Shown here: positions 1-8,273 of the stretch, piece after piece
How positions within the stretch are numbered: position 1 is the stretch's first letter
Layout of the letters: each line of letters starts with the position of its first letter
Source: Pseudomonadota bacterium
Lineage (GTDB): Bacteria > Bdellovibrionota_G > JALEGL01 > DATDPG01
DNA length: 21,855 bases
NCBI GenBank assembly: GCA_043804515.1
Contig: JAZDIZ010000200.1
Coordinates: 1 to 21,855 of the forward strand
Direction of reading: 5' to 3'
The notes under the pieces: model-generated
What the model saw: the letters and a program-made list of their open reading frames with translations, nothing else
The model's database searches: none
What the model was told of the DNA's origin: nothing
Made by a program: the position numbers and the translations under genes

Positions 1-102
1 TTGGGCCACGAGCGAAATGTTTACGCTTTGCCCTTGGCCGGCATCTGAAGCGGCGGGGATCAAAGTGGCAAGAAGCAGGAAGATGAATCCAAGCCTATGC
101 AT
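1..102 (-). CDS. 5' end of a secreted hypothetical protein (runs off the left edge of the window)
   Basis: Absent from the ORF track. The minus strand reads AAGGAGAAGGC-ATG (good RBS), then MHRLGFIFLLLATLIPAASDAGQGQSVNISLVAQ, a typical Sec signal peptide, open to the window edge. Confidence 0.7.
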   Translation of the reverse strand, partial: MHRLGFIFLLLATLIPAASDAGQGQSVNISLVAQ

Positions 103-134
103 GCCTTCTCCTTTCAAGGAATGTAGCAACGCCT

Positions 135-1088
135 TCATGGCAGGAGAACGCTCTGTTCCTGGAGGGAGGAATCCGGCTTGGCGGCGTGCTTTACAGAAGT
201 GGGAGCTTTTCGTTCCGACGCGTACCAGTGAAAGACGATCGCTTTTCCTTCCGGCAGAATGTAGGCCAGCAGGCGGTTCCCGGTCCCACAAATGTCCTGC
301 AACGGCTTCAACGGATTCCTTTGCCATGGCTTACCGTATCCCAGTACCCTTTCTTGCACGCTCAGCCCCTTAAGCTCCTTTTGAAGTACGCGGAATGCGT
401 GGCGATCGGTCTTTTCGAGTGTGCCGTCCACCTTCGCACTATCCGTGCTCTCGATGTTGAAGCCGCAATCCCAATAGCGTTTGTCGAAAAGGTCCTCGAC
501 GGTGTTGAATTTTCCCGTCCCGATCTTCACGAGATCCACTTGGTCAAAGCCGTGCGAGGAGGCTCGAATCTTTTCCACCACATCTTCGATCCTCCGGGAC
601 TCCGCGCGTTCCTCGTCATACCAGACGATCTCGATCGCCGTGTGCGGCAGGATGTACACGACCCTTCGGAAGTTCGGCGAACATAAATTCCATTTCCATC
701 GCCGCCCCGGCAGTGCGGCCTGGTACGCCTTTTCCTTGATCTCGATCCCGCGCAGCGAGGTCTGAAGCTCGTCGAAGGCATCCCGATCCGTGTTCGCAAG
801 AATGCTGTCTACGGTTGCCGGGTCCGTATTCGGCTCCGAGAAGGCGCAGTTCCAGTATGAGGCGAGGATCTTTGCCTTGAAGGTCTCGGGGTCTTGATTT
901 CCACGCGATCTAACCGTCACCGCCGAGAAAACAGTGGAAAAAGCCCGGACTCTGTCGGCAACGGCGGTCACATCGACCCGAGCGTTCTTCTCTGCCGCCG
1001 GCATGTTCACACGTGGGGCTTGAGCCAGAGCAGGACTCAGAGGAGCAACAACAGCAAAAAGAAAAAGGATCCAGCAGGATGACTTCAT
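135..1088 (-). CDS. Secreted hypothetical protein with two tandem copies of a ~125-aa two-Cys domain
   Basis: Track ORF 135..1130. Likely start is ATG 1088 (MKSSCWILFLFAVVAPLSPALA, signal peptide ending A-L-A). Internal duplication: YWNCAF..TDRDAF..YILP..WYDEER vs YWDCGF..TDRHAF..YILP..WYASER. Confidence 0.8.
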   Translation of the reverse strand: MKSSCWILFLFAVVAPLSPALAQAPRVNMPAAEKNARVDVTAVADRVRAFSTVFSAVTVRSRGNQDPETFKAKILASYWNCAFSEPNTDPATVDSILANTDRDAFDELQTSLRGIEIKEKAYQAALPGRRWKWNLCSPNFRRVVYILPHTAIEIVWYDEERAESRRIEDVVEKIRASSHGFDQVDLVKIGTGKFNTVEDLFDKRYWDCGFNIESTDSAKVDGTLEKTDRHAFRVLQKELKGLSVQERVLGYGKPWQRNPLKPLQDICGTGNRLLAYILPEGKAIVFHWYASERKAPTSVKHAAKPDSSLQEQSVLLP

Positions 1089-1326
1089 GGTTCTTCCCGG
1101 AGCGACCATATAACGCATCGCGTCCACCATTGCAAGGGAGTTTGATTTCCGAGCGATTGAATTCCCGCCCGTACCAAGGCCAACGCAACTCGTTAATATT
1201 TAATAAATTATTGGTTCTTTTGGCCGGCTACTCCTAAGACGTTGCCGCGACAACGTGAGGCAATATTCGCTCAATTTTTAGGCCAAAGGCATTCTCCTTC
1301 GTTCTCAATCTACGTCTTGGACGGGT

Positions 1327-1869
1327 TCAAAGCATCGACGTGGCGTCCGAATGGCGCTGATCGATATCCACCACCAACGCATAAGGAGCGGTGGTTGAGA
1401 CCATGGCAGCTGTGTACATCTCGCACCATCCTGCGTTGGTAATGGGGACTCGTAGAAACCAGACCGGCACTTTCCCGGCCGCGTCTTCCGGCCAGGCGGC
1501 CTTCATCAAATCGGCCAGACGTTCATCCAAGTTCTGAACGTTCACCCTTGCAGGGTCCCCGCGCAGCACACTGAAGGCACAATTAGCGGACACATGATCA
1601 CCATCCGGTTTAGTGGAGATACGCCAAGTCCTGAGACGCGCTACAAAGTGCTCGATGTCAGGATTGATAAGATGAACGGTGGCCATTACGGTCGAATTGT
1701 TCTCGATGTAATCTCTCGCTTGAGCCAAAAGGTCGTGCACCTTCTCGGAGAGCCGCATCTTTTCATATACCGCATCGACCTTTGACAATTTCGGTTTGTG
1801 CTTGGGCCCTCCCAGGACTCCCGCGGGAATGAGCAGAACAAGGGAGAGCAAAAGGATAGATCGCCTCAT
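1327..1869 (-). CDS. Secreted hypothetical protein, probable single-domain paralog of 135..1088
   Basis: Likely start ATG 1869 (MRRSILLLSLVLLIPAGVLG, signal peptide). Contains NCAFSVLRGDPARV, which matches NCAFSEPNTDPATV in the neighbouring protein. Confidence 0.75.
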   Translation of the reverse strand: MRRSILLLSLVLLIPAGVLGGPKHKPKLSKVDAVYEKMRLSEKVHDLLAQARDYIENNSTVMATVHLINPDIEHFVARLRTWRISTKPDGDHVSANCAFSVLRGDPARVNVQNLDERLADLMKAAWPEDAAGKVPVWFLRVPITNAGWCEMYTAAMVSTTAPYALVVDIDQRHSDATSML

Positions 1870-1914
1870 TTTTACCCCCAAACGTGGCCGGCGGCGACGC
1901 CGGCTATTTTTCGG

Positions 1915-2886
1915 TCAGTTGCCTGCTGCCCGGTTTTCCTCAAAGACCCCCATTCGCCGGTATTTTTCGTACCTTTTCTGAACGAGCACGTCCGGCGGGA
2001 GTTGTTTGAGTTCGTTAAGGTGTCGCTCGATCGCCTTGGCGATACCCGCCACGGTCGGTTCGAAGCTTCGGTGAGCCCCACCTTCGGGCTCCGGGATGAT
2101 TTCGTCGGCGATGCCGAGGCTCTTGATGTCCGGGGCGGTGATTTTGAGCGCCCGGGCGGCCAGGTCCCCCTTGGAGGAATCGCGCCAGAGGATTGCGGCG
2201 CAGGACTCCGGGGAGATCACGGAGTAGATCGAATTTTCCAGCATCAGGATCCGGTCGGTCACGCCGACGGCCAGCGCGCCTCCCGAGCCCCCTTCGCCGA
2301 TCACGATGGAGATCATCGGCGTTCTTAGGATCGACATGATGAGGATGTTCTTCGCGATCGCCTCGGCCTGGCCCCGCTCCTCCGCGCCTACGCCCGGGTA
2401 GGCCCCTGGCGTGTCGATGAAGATGATGACGGGGATCTGGAGGCGCTCGGAGAGGCTCATCATCCTAAGCGCCTTTCTATACCCTTCGGGCCGGGACATC
2501 CCGAAGTTCCGGCGGATCTTTTCTTTGGTCGAGCGCCCCTTCTGCTGGCCGATCACCATGACGGTCTCGCCCCGGAAGCGCGCGAGCCCGGTCACCATCG
2601 CGGGGTCGTCGGCAAAGTTCCGGTCGCCGTGGAGTTCGGTGAAATCTTCGAAAAGGGCGTTGATGTAATCGAGGGAGTAAGGCCGCTCGGCGTGGCGGGA
2701 GAGCTGCGTGCGCTCCCAAGGGCTCAGTTTCGAAAAGGTCTCGGTGACGAGTTTCCCGAGCTTGCGCTCCAACTTGCGGATTTCATCATGGATATCGACA
2801 TTCTCTTCCTTAGAGAAATCCCGGAGCTCGCTGATTTTGAGCTCCAATTGGACGATTGGCTTCTCGAAGTCCAGGTAGAACTTCAT
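1915..2886 (-). CDS. accA: Acetyl-CoA carboxylase carboxyltransferase subunit alpha
   Basis: Motifs YLDFEKPI, ELHGDRNFADD, RNFGM..PEGYRKA, IDTPGAYPG, GEGGSGGALA and YSVISPE. Confidence 0.98.
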   Translation of the reverse strand: MKFYLDFEKPIVQLELKISELRDFSKEENVDIHDEIRKLERKLGKLVTETFSKLSPWERTQLSRHAERPYSLDYINALFEDFTELHGDRNFADDPAMVTGLARFRGETVMVIGQQKGRSTKEKIRRNFGMSRPEGYRKALRMMSLSERLQIPVIIFIDTPGAYPGVGAEERGQAEAIAKNILIMSILRTPMISIVIGEGGSGGALAVGVTDRILMLENSIYSVISPESCAAILWRDSSKGDLAARALKITAPDIKSLGIADEIIPEPEGGAHRSFEPTVAGIAKAIERHLNELKQLPPDVLVQKRYEKYRRMGVFEENRAAGN

Positions 2887-3773
2887 TTTGGGGATCCAAG
2901 AATTTTTCCCACGATTTCGCGGGCTTTGTCAGAGACTTCGGAAGGGGGAACCCATTCGACCCGGGGTTCTTTCCTAAACCACGTCATCTGGCGCTTGGCG
3001 TAGTGCCGTGTCGCCGTCTGGGCCTGCTCGATGGCCCGATTCACGCTCCATCCTTCTTCCAACACGTTTAAGGCCTCTTTATATCCGATCGCCCGCCGCA
3101 GTCTTGGTTTGCAAAGCGGATGAGCCTCTAGCACGGTTTGAGACTCGACTACAAGGCCATTAGCGAACATGTCCGCCATTCGCCTGTCGATCCGGGCGTT
3201 CAGCTCGGATTTCGGCCTGTGGAGACCGACCCAGTGAAAATTGAACGAAGGCGCCTTGTCGGCGGCATCCTTCCAAAGGTCACTTGGGCGAAGGCCTTGG
3301 GACAGGATCGCGGAAGCCCGCGTCAGACGATACCTGTCGTTGGGGTGAATCCTGCGGGCCGCGTCGGGGTCCTTCTCGAGAAGACGTTGATACATTTCAG
3401 CGGGATTCATATCGGCTTCCGGCGCCGGACCCGCAATCGGAGGGTGTTCCACCGCGCGGAGATAGAAACCGGATCCTCCCACCAAGACCGGCACCTTTCC
3501 CCGGGCCAGAATCGATCGGATGGCTTTGGACGCTTCTTGCGCGTACCAGGCCGCAGTGACCGGCTCGTCCGGATTCAAAACGTCGATCAAATGATAGGGG
3601 ATGCCGCCCAATTCCTCTTTCGTCGGTTTGGCCGTTCCGATGTCGAGCCTCCTGAAAATCTGGAGGCTGTCAGCATTGACCAACTCGAGATCCAACTCGC
3701 GGGCCAAGCGGATGGCCGCTTCGGTTTTTCCGGAGGCCGTGGGCCCAGTAAGTACCAGGACCGCGGGATTCAT
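2883..3773 (-). CDS. miaA: tRNA dimethylallyltransferase
   Basis: P-loop GPTASGKT, NADSLQIFRRLDIGTAKP, VGGSGFY, RIHPND, AIGYKE, TRHYAKRQMTWFR. Start ATG 3773 overlaps the mutL stop (ATGA), and its stop overlaps the accA start (ATGA). Confidence 0.97.
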   Translation of the reverse strand: MNPAVLVLTGPTASGKTEAAIRLARELDLELVNADSLQIFRRLDIGTAKPTKEELGGIPYHLIDVLNPDEPVTAAWYAQEASKAIRSILARGKVPVLVGGSGFYLRAVEHPPIAGPAPEADMNPAEMYQRLLEKDPDAARRIHPNDRYRLTRASAILSQGLRPSDLWKDAADKAPSFNFHWVGLHRPKSELNARIDRRMADMFANGLVVESQTVLEAHPLCKPRLRRAIGYKEALNVLEEGWSVNRAIEQAQTATRHYAKRQMTWFRKEPRVEWVPPSEVSDKAREIVGKILGSPK

Positions 3774-5521
3774 TTTCGATGGAAGAGGCGCTCCAGGTCG
3801 CTCAATGAGAATCGGAGGTACGCCGGCCGCCCGTGAGGGCATTGGCCCGAAAGATCCACACCGTCCATCCGGGCCAGGAGATCCCGGATTTCGACGGCGG
3901 AAAGCCGGTCGTGAGCCCGGACGGCGCTGTGGCACGCCACGCGGCTCAGAATCTCGTCCCGGCGATCCTGGAGGGCCGAGCGGGCCTCTTCCTCGGAAAA
4001 CGAGCCGAACATCTCGATCAACAGGGGCCGCGGATCGTGGGCGCCCAGTGAATCGGGTACCGACTTGATCACGAACGTCTTGGGGCCGAAAGGCTCGATG
4101 GAAAAACCGAGCGAGCGCAGAAACGGCTCCAACCCGTTCAGGATGGCCTCCTGCTGGGACGTCACTTCGAACGTGAGCGGGACCAGGAGATGCTGAACTT
4201 TCGGCGATCCCGACTCGAGCGAGTGTTTGAGCTCCTCGAACTTCACGCGCTCGTGCGCCGCGTGCTGGTCGATGACGAAGAGGGCGCTGTGGCCCTTCAG
4301 AAAAAGATACGTCTGATCCAGCGTCCCCAGGAACTCCAACGCGGAAAATTTTCCCTCGGGTTCCGGCGCCCCGTAAGGAACCGGCGCGGCCCGGAGCGAG
4401 GAAGCCGTGAGTGTCCCCAAGTCCAGGGCGAGAGGCGAAGGCTCACGGTGCGAACCGTCCGTGGGAGCCGGTTCCGGGACGGAATCACCCCATCCTGCAG
4501 CCGCGTGCGAGCGGATGCCTCGGGCGACCGCCTCCGAAATTACGCGGAAAATGGGTTGGGAATCCGAAAAGCGCACCTCCGCCTTGGTGGGATGGACGTT
4601 CACGTCCACCAGCTCGGGAGGAAGCGTGAGGAAAAGGATGGCGAGCGGGTACCGCCCCTCCATCAAGGCCGTGCGAAACCCCTCCAAAACGGCGCTTCGA
4701 AGGACCCGGTCGGCAACGGTCCGCCCGTTTACGAAAAGCCACAACTGTTGCGGCTTGGAAAACGTGATCCGGTGGTTCGAGACGAATCCGTGCGCGCGGT
4801 GGGGCCCCAGCTTGCCTTCGAATTCGATCAGGTTCCCCATCGTCTCGCTGCCGTACAACTGCGTCACGCGCCCCCGCGGGGAATCCGTCTTGGAAAGATG
4901 CAGTAGCGTCTCCTGGTCGCTCATGAGGAGGAATTCACAATCCAGCCGGGAGAGCGCCATCCTTCGGATCATCGTTTCGATGTGGCCCAGCTCCGTGGCC
5001 GGGGAGCGGAGGAATTTCCTGCGCGCGGGCGTATTGAAAAAGAGATGCGCCACGCTCACGGTCGTTCCCGGCGGTGCCCCGAAAGGCTCGTTGAGTTTCA
5101 GCTTGCCCCCCTCCACCCGGATCCGTATGCCGGACGGGCTTTCCGCCGTTCGCGTCGTCAGATCCACGTGGGAAACAACCGCGATGCTGGACAACGCCTC
5201 GCCCCGGAAACCGAAGGACGAAATCTTCGCGAGGTCCTTATCGCTCGCGATCTTGGATGTCGCGTGCGACGCGAGGGCGAGCGCCGCCTCGTGGGCGGGG
5301 ATCCCGCATCCGTCGTCCGTCACGCGGATCGATTTTCTTCCTCCGTCCTCGACGTGGATTTCGATCCGGTGGGCGCCGGCGTCGAGCGAGTTCTCGACCA
5401 ATTCTTTCACGATGGACGCCGGCCGCTCGATCACTTCGCCCGCGGCGATCTTTTGAACGACCCATTCGGGGAGAACCCGGATCGGAGTTCTGGAAGACGA
5501 TTTCGGTACCACGAAGCTCAT
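3770..5521 (-). CDS. mutL: DNA mismatch repair endonuclease MutL
   Basis: IAAGEVIERPASIVKELVENSLDAGA, DDGCGI, HATSKI, GFRGEAL, VDVNVHPTK. C-terminal endonuclease motifs DQHAAHERVKFE, ACH and CPHGRP; clamp-binding-like QHLLVP. Start taken as ATG 5521. Confidence 0.98.
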   Translation of the reverse strand: MSFVVPKSSSRTPIRVLPEWVVQKIAAGEVIERPASIVKELVENSLDAGAHRIEIHVEDGGRKSIRVTDDGCGIPAHEAALALASHATSKIASDKDLAKISSFGFRGEALSSIAVVSHVDLTTRTAESPSGIRIRVEGGKLKLNEPFGAPPGTTVSVAHLFFNTPARRKFLRSPATELGHIETMIRRMALSRLDCEFLLMSDQETLLHLSKTDSPRGRVTQLYGSETMGNLIEFEGKLGPHRAHGFVSNHRITFSKPQQLWLFVNGRTVADRVLRSAVLEGFRTALMEGRYPLAILFLTLPPELVDVNVHPTKAEVRFSDSQPIFRVISEAVARGIRSHAAAGWGDSVPEPAPTDGSHREPSPLALDLGTLTASSLRAAPVPYGAPEPEGKFSALEFLGTLDQTYLFLKGHSALFVIDQHAAHERVKFEELKHSLESGSPKVQHLLVPLTFEVTSQQEAILNGLEPFLRSLGFSIEPFGPKTFVIKSVPDSLGAHDPRPLLIEMFGSFSEEEARSALQDRRDEILSRVACHSAVRAHDRLSAVEIRDLLARMDGVDLSGQCPHGRPAYLRFSLSDLERLFHRK

Positions 5522-5538
5522 ATCCAACCCAGGCGCGC

Positions 5539-5566
5539 AGGATAGCCCGGCATCGGTAAACTGCAA
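5539..5566 (-). promoter_or_regulatory. Possible sigma70 promoter for mutL-miaA-accA
   Basis: Minus strand TTGCAG-N16-TATCCT just upstream of ATG 5521. Confidence 0.3.
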
Positions 5567-5652
5567 GGGGAAGATCCCCCGACGATCCTTTTTCTCGCAG
5601 GCCTGCCAGGATGGTAAGGTGAAATCGAGTCTCCGGAGCCTGGAGGTTGAAA

Positions 5653-6789
5653 ATGAAATCCGCGTTGAGAATCATTCGATTTTTGGTCCCTCTCGCTCTT
5701 CTGGCGTCACCGGTATGGGCGACGACCTACGTGGTATCTCCCGAAATCCGCAATGACGACGATCTCAAAGGCGTGGCGGACAAAGCGAGCCAGACCGCCC
5801 TTTCGGCCAACAACATTACGGATGTCGGGATGCGGGTCTTGGAGCAATTCACCTCTTTGAAGACGCTGACAATCACCTCTCGGCAGGTCACGGATCAGGG
5901 GCTGGAGCATTTAGAACCGCTCAAACAGCTCACGGACCTTTCCCTGGTCAATACGCAGGTCACGGGCAAAGGCTTCAAGAGCCTGAAAGAGTGGGGTGAA
6001 CTGAGACAATTGCGTCTAGACGGATCCCCCATCCGGGACGAAGCGTTTCAGTGGATTTCCGTTTATCCGAAGCTCGAAACGCTCTCCCTCCGCGGAACCT
6101 TCGTAACGGGCGCGGGTCTTAAAGCCCTCAAGTCCTTGCGGGGACTTAAGGAATTGAACCTTTCGGACACCGACATTTCGGACGGAAAAACCGCCTCGCT
6201 CGCGGATCTCGGCGATCTTACGTCTCTGGATCTTTCCAAAACGAAACTCACCGACGCGTCCGTCGCAGACCTTCAGAAATTGAAGAAACTCGACAACCTC
6301 TCGGTCACGGACACCTCGATCACGCTGGAGGGGTACCGATCGCTCCGGATCGCGCTCCCCTTCACGACCATCCGCCCGCCCGTGATGAGAATGGTCTCTC
6401 CGAACTCCCCCGAGGATCTCTGGTGGAACGTCGCGGGGCGTTGTCTCTCCTCCTCCACCGATGGGCGGATGAGGGAGGAAGTCCTCGCCGGGGGGGAATC
6501 TCTGGTTGCGAAGAAATATCGCCAGGCGGTCGAGACGTACAAGAAAGCCGTGTCGCAGTCGAAATCGGATCAGGGGCGTTGCTGGTTCGTCGAGGCCGCG
6601 GTGGAGAGTCTTCTGGCGAACGCTCACCGTCAAGCGGGGGACCTGAAAGAGGCGGAGGCCGGTTACAAGGACGTCCTCGGCAAGCTCACGAGCGGGCCTT
6701 ACGGCGACAAGTTCCCGGCCGCCAACCTGGTGAAACAGATTCTAGATTCGTTAAGCCGGGCGAAAAACGAAAACCCGTCTAGTCGATGA
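5653..6789 (+). CDS. Exported leucine-rich repeat protein with C-terminal TPR-like helices
   Basis: GGAGG at 5642-5646, ATG 5653, signal peptide (..LLASPVWA). About 8 24-aa LRRs (LxxLxLxxTxVTDxGLxxL). C-terminal AVETYKKA and LLANAHRQAGDLKEAEAGYKDVL resemble TPRs. Confidence 0.88.
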   Translation: MKSALRIIRFLVPLALLASPVWATTYVVSPEIRNDDDLKGVADKASQTALSANNITDVGMRVLEQFTSLKTLTITSRQVTDQGLEHLEPLKQLTDLSLVNTQVTGKGFKSLKEWGELRQLRLDGSPIRDEAFQWISVYPKLETLSLRGTFVTGAGLKALKSLRGLKELNLSDTDISDGKTASLADLGDLTSLDLSKTKLTDASVADLQKLKKLDNLSVTDTSITLEGYRSLRIALPFTTIRPPVMRMVSPNSPEDLWWNVAGRCLSSSTDGRMREEVLAGGESLVAKKYRQAVETYKKAVSQSKSDQGRCWFVEAAVESLLANAHRQAGDLKEAEAGYKDVLGKLTSGPYGDKFPAANLVKQILDSLSRAKNENPSSR

Positions 6790-7753
6790 AGACGTGGAAA
6801 TCGTTCTTCGATAGAACCTCTCCCGTCATGGCGTCGACGTTGACCTGAACCCCTGTTCCTTGCCGTTGTTCTGCGCTCGAGAAGTGGCGGAACTGGACTT
6901 CCCAGATCCAAATCTTTTCCTTCGCATACTCGTTCGGGGTCCGCAACGAGGCCCACACGTTTCCGCCGCCGGCCGAGCCGACACTCTTGGTTGAAATCGC
7001 GATGGCCTGTTCCTTCGTGATTTTGGGTTCAAGTACTTTGGGTTTCTGGGACTTTCCCGTAGGTTTGGTTACGGCCACGAACCCCTTCATCGCCTCGTCG
7101 GGTCCGGGCCCGAGGTGAAGGACCACAAGGGTGTCCGGGCTGATCTTGGCCAGGGGAGCGTACTCGTACTGGAGCGTGTACTCCGTCCCCCGGACGGAGT
7201 TGTAGTAGTAACCCTTCGAACGGACGAGTTTGTAGTTTCTCTCGAAATAGTCCTTCCCCGTTTTCTCGATGATGTACGCGTTCCCTTTCTCGATGATGGC
7301 CGACGGAATCAGGTTCTGTTTGGGAAGGAGAGGGCGCACATCGGGAGGGACAGAGGTGGGGGCCATCCCTTCCTCGCTCAACGGCTCTCCCTGCTCATCC
7401 CAGGAAATCCAGTACTTAATCTGGTTGTTGGCTCCGTATTCGCCGTACGATTTCAGGGCTCCATTGTCGTACCATTGGCGAGTATACTGAAGGTTCCCGT
7501 CGACATACCGGCCTTCATAGAGTTTCTTGCGGTCCCGATTGAAGCGGGTCGCCATTCCATGCTTCTTCCCGTCCTTGCACTCAACAGTCGTCGTCTCCTT
7601 AACCGGCCCAAGCGTGAGCTTTTGGACCCCCTTCACGTTTTGGCACTCATCCCGCTCTCGGATAGCTTCAGCACGCGGAGAGATAAAGAAGAACACAAAG
7701 AGTCCTGGGAGCATCGGACCTATCCACCGGGTTTTGCACGTCCTTTTCAGCAT
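6779..7753 (-). CDS. Exported protein with MORN-variant (YwqK-like) repeats and a C-terminal PepSY-like domain
   Basis: Signal peptide ending A-E-A. Repeats KDGKKHGMATRF / YEGRYVDG / QWYDNGALKSYGEY / WISWDEQG. C-terminal KITKEQAIAIS...IWEVQF...VNVDAMTGEVL is a PepSY pattern. Confidence 0.78.
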   Translation of the reverse strand: MLKRTCKTRWIGPMLPGLFVFFFISPRAEAIRERDECQNVKGVQKLTLGPVKETTTVECKDGKKHGMATRFNRDRKKLYEGRYVDGNLQYTRQWYDNGALKSYGEYGANNQIKYWISWDEQGEPLSEEGMAPTSVPPDVRPLLPKQNLIPSAIIEKGNAYIIEKTGKDYFERNYKLVRSKGYYYNSVRGTEYTLQYEYAPLAKISPDTLVVLHLGPGPDEAMKGFVAVTKPTGKSQKPKVLEPKITKEQAIAISTKSVGSAGGGNVWASLRTPNEYAKEKIWIWEVQFRHFSSAEQRQGTGVQVNVDAMTGEVLSKNDFHVFID

Positions 7754-7824
7754 GGGGACATTCTTTCAGCACAGTCCGAAAGAGCAAACTTCCGGGCCCC
7801 GCGATGTTCTTTTCCTCCTCGGAT

Positions 7825-7890
7825 GCGCCCCGCAAATCCGGCCGTCCAGCGCTGATCTTCTGCGAGGCTCTTGAACGCGATCGACCAATT
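7825..7890 (+). repeat. Dispersed intergenic repeat, copy A
   Basis: Ungapped manual alignment to 17954..18019 gives 53/66 identical (32 of the first 34). Confidence 0.85.
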
Positions 7891-7899
7891 ATCGAGATC

Positions 7900-7931
7900 G
7901 GGGACAGTCCCCCACTTCGGGTCCCCCACTT
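7900..7931. repeat. REP-like palindrome GGGGACAGTCCCC plus 11-bp direct repeat GTCCCCCACTT x2
   Basis: 6-bp inverted arms at 7900-7912. GTCCCCCACTT at 7907-7917 and 7921-7931. Confidence 0.55.
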
Positions 7932-8146
7932 TGCCGGGCGTACTCTTCTGCATGACCGCGTCGGAAAGAATCCGGATCGGTTTTCATAGACCTGCTCCAG
8001 GGAAACCATCGGTCATGGGAAACAAGGGGCGCAGCTTAGCGGGAAAGGGGACAAGTGCAAGGGACACCTGCGGCCGCCCGCCCCAAGCGTCACTTATCCC
8101 CCGGGTCGTCCAGGAACAATGCTGATCCGGAAGTCGAACCGTTAGC

Positions 8147-8174
8147 TTGACATCTCGCAACAATTTGGTATTTC
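8147..8174 (+). promoter_or_regulatory. Possible sigma70 promoter for the lipoprotein-RHS-immunity operon
   Basis: Perfect TTGACA (8147-8152), N16, then TG-extended TATTTC, about 100 bp upstream of ATG 8274. Confidence 0.4.
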
Positions 8175-8273
8175 GCCCGTAGATGCAGCGCGGCAATTTG
8201 TGATTCGTCCGAAATCTTGATCGGGACTCGGCTTGAGCCGCACAAACTGATTCGCCCAGTTGGGAGGCATTCG

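Noticed and set aside
3774..3935. Long N-terminal extension of MiaA in the ORF track
   Set aside because: It overlaps the mutL 3' end and is low-complexity Pro/Arg-rich. ATG 3773 gives a normal MiaA N-terminus with ATGA coupling.
7804..7989. Short ORFs 7804..7989 and 17801..18100 sharing APRKSGRP
   Set aside because: The similarity comes from the DNA repeat. Mismatches show no third-position bias and there are no convincing starts.
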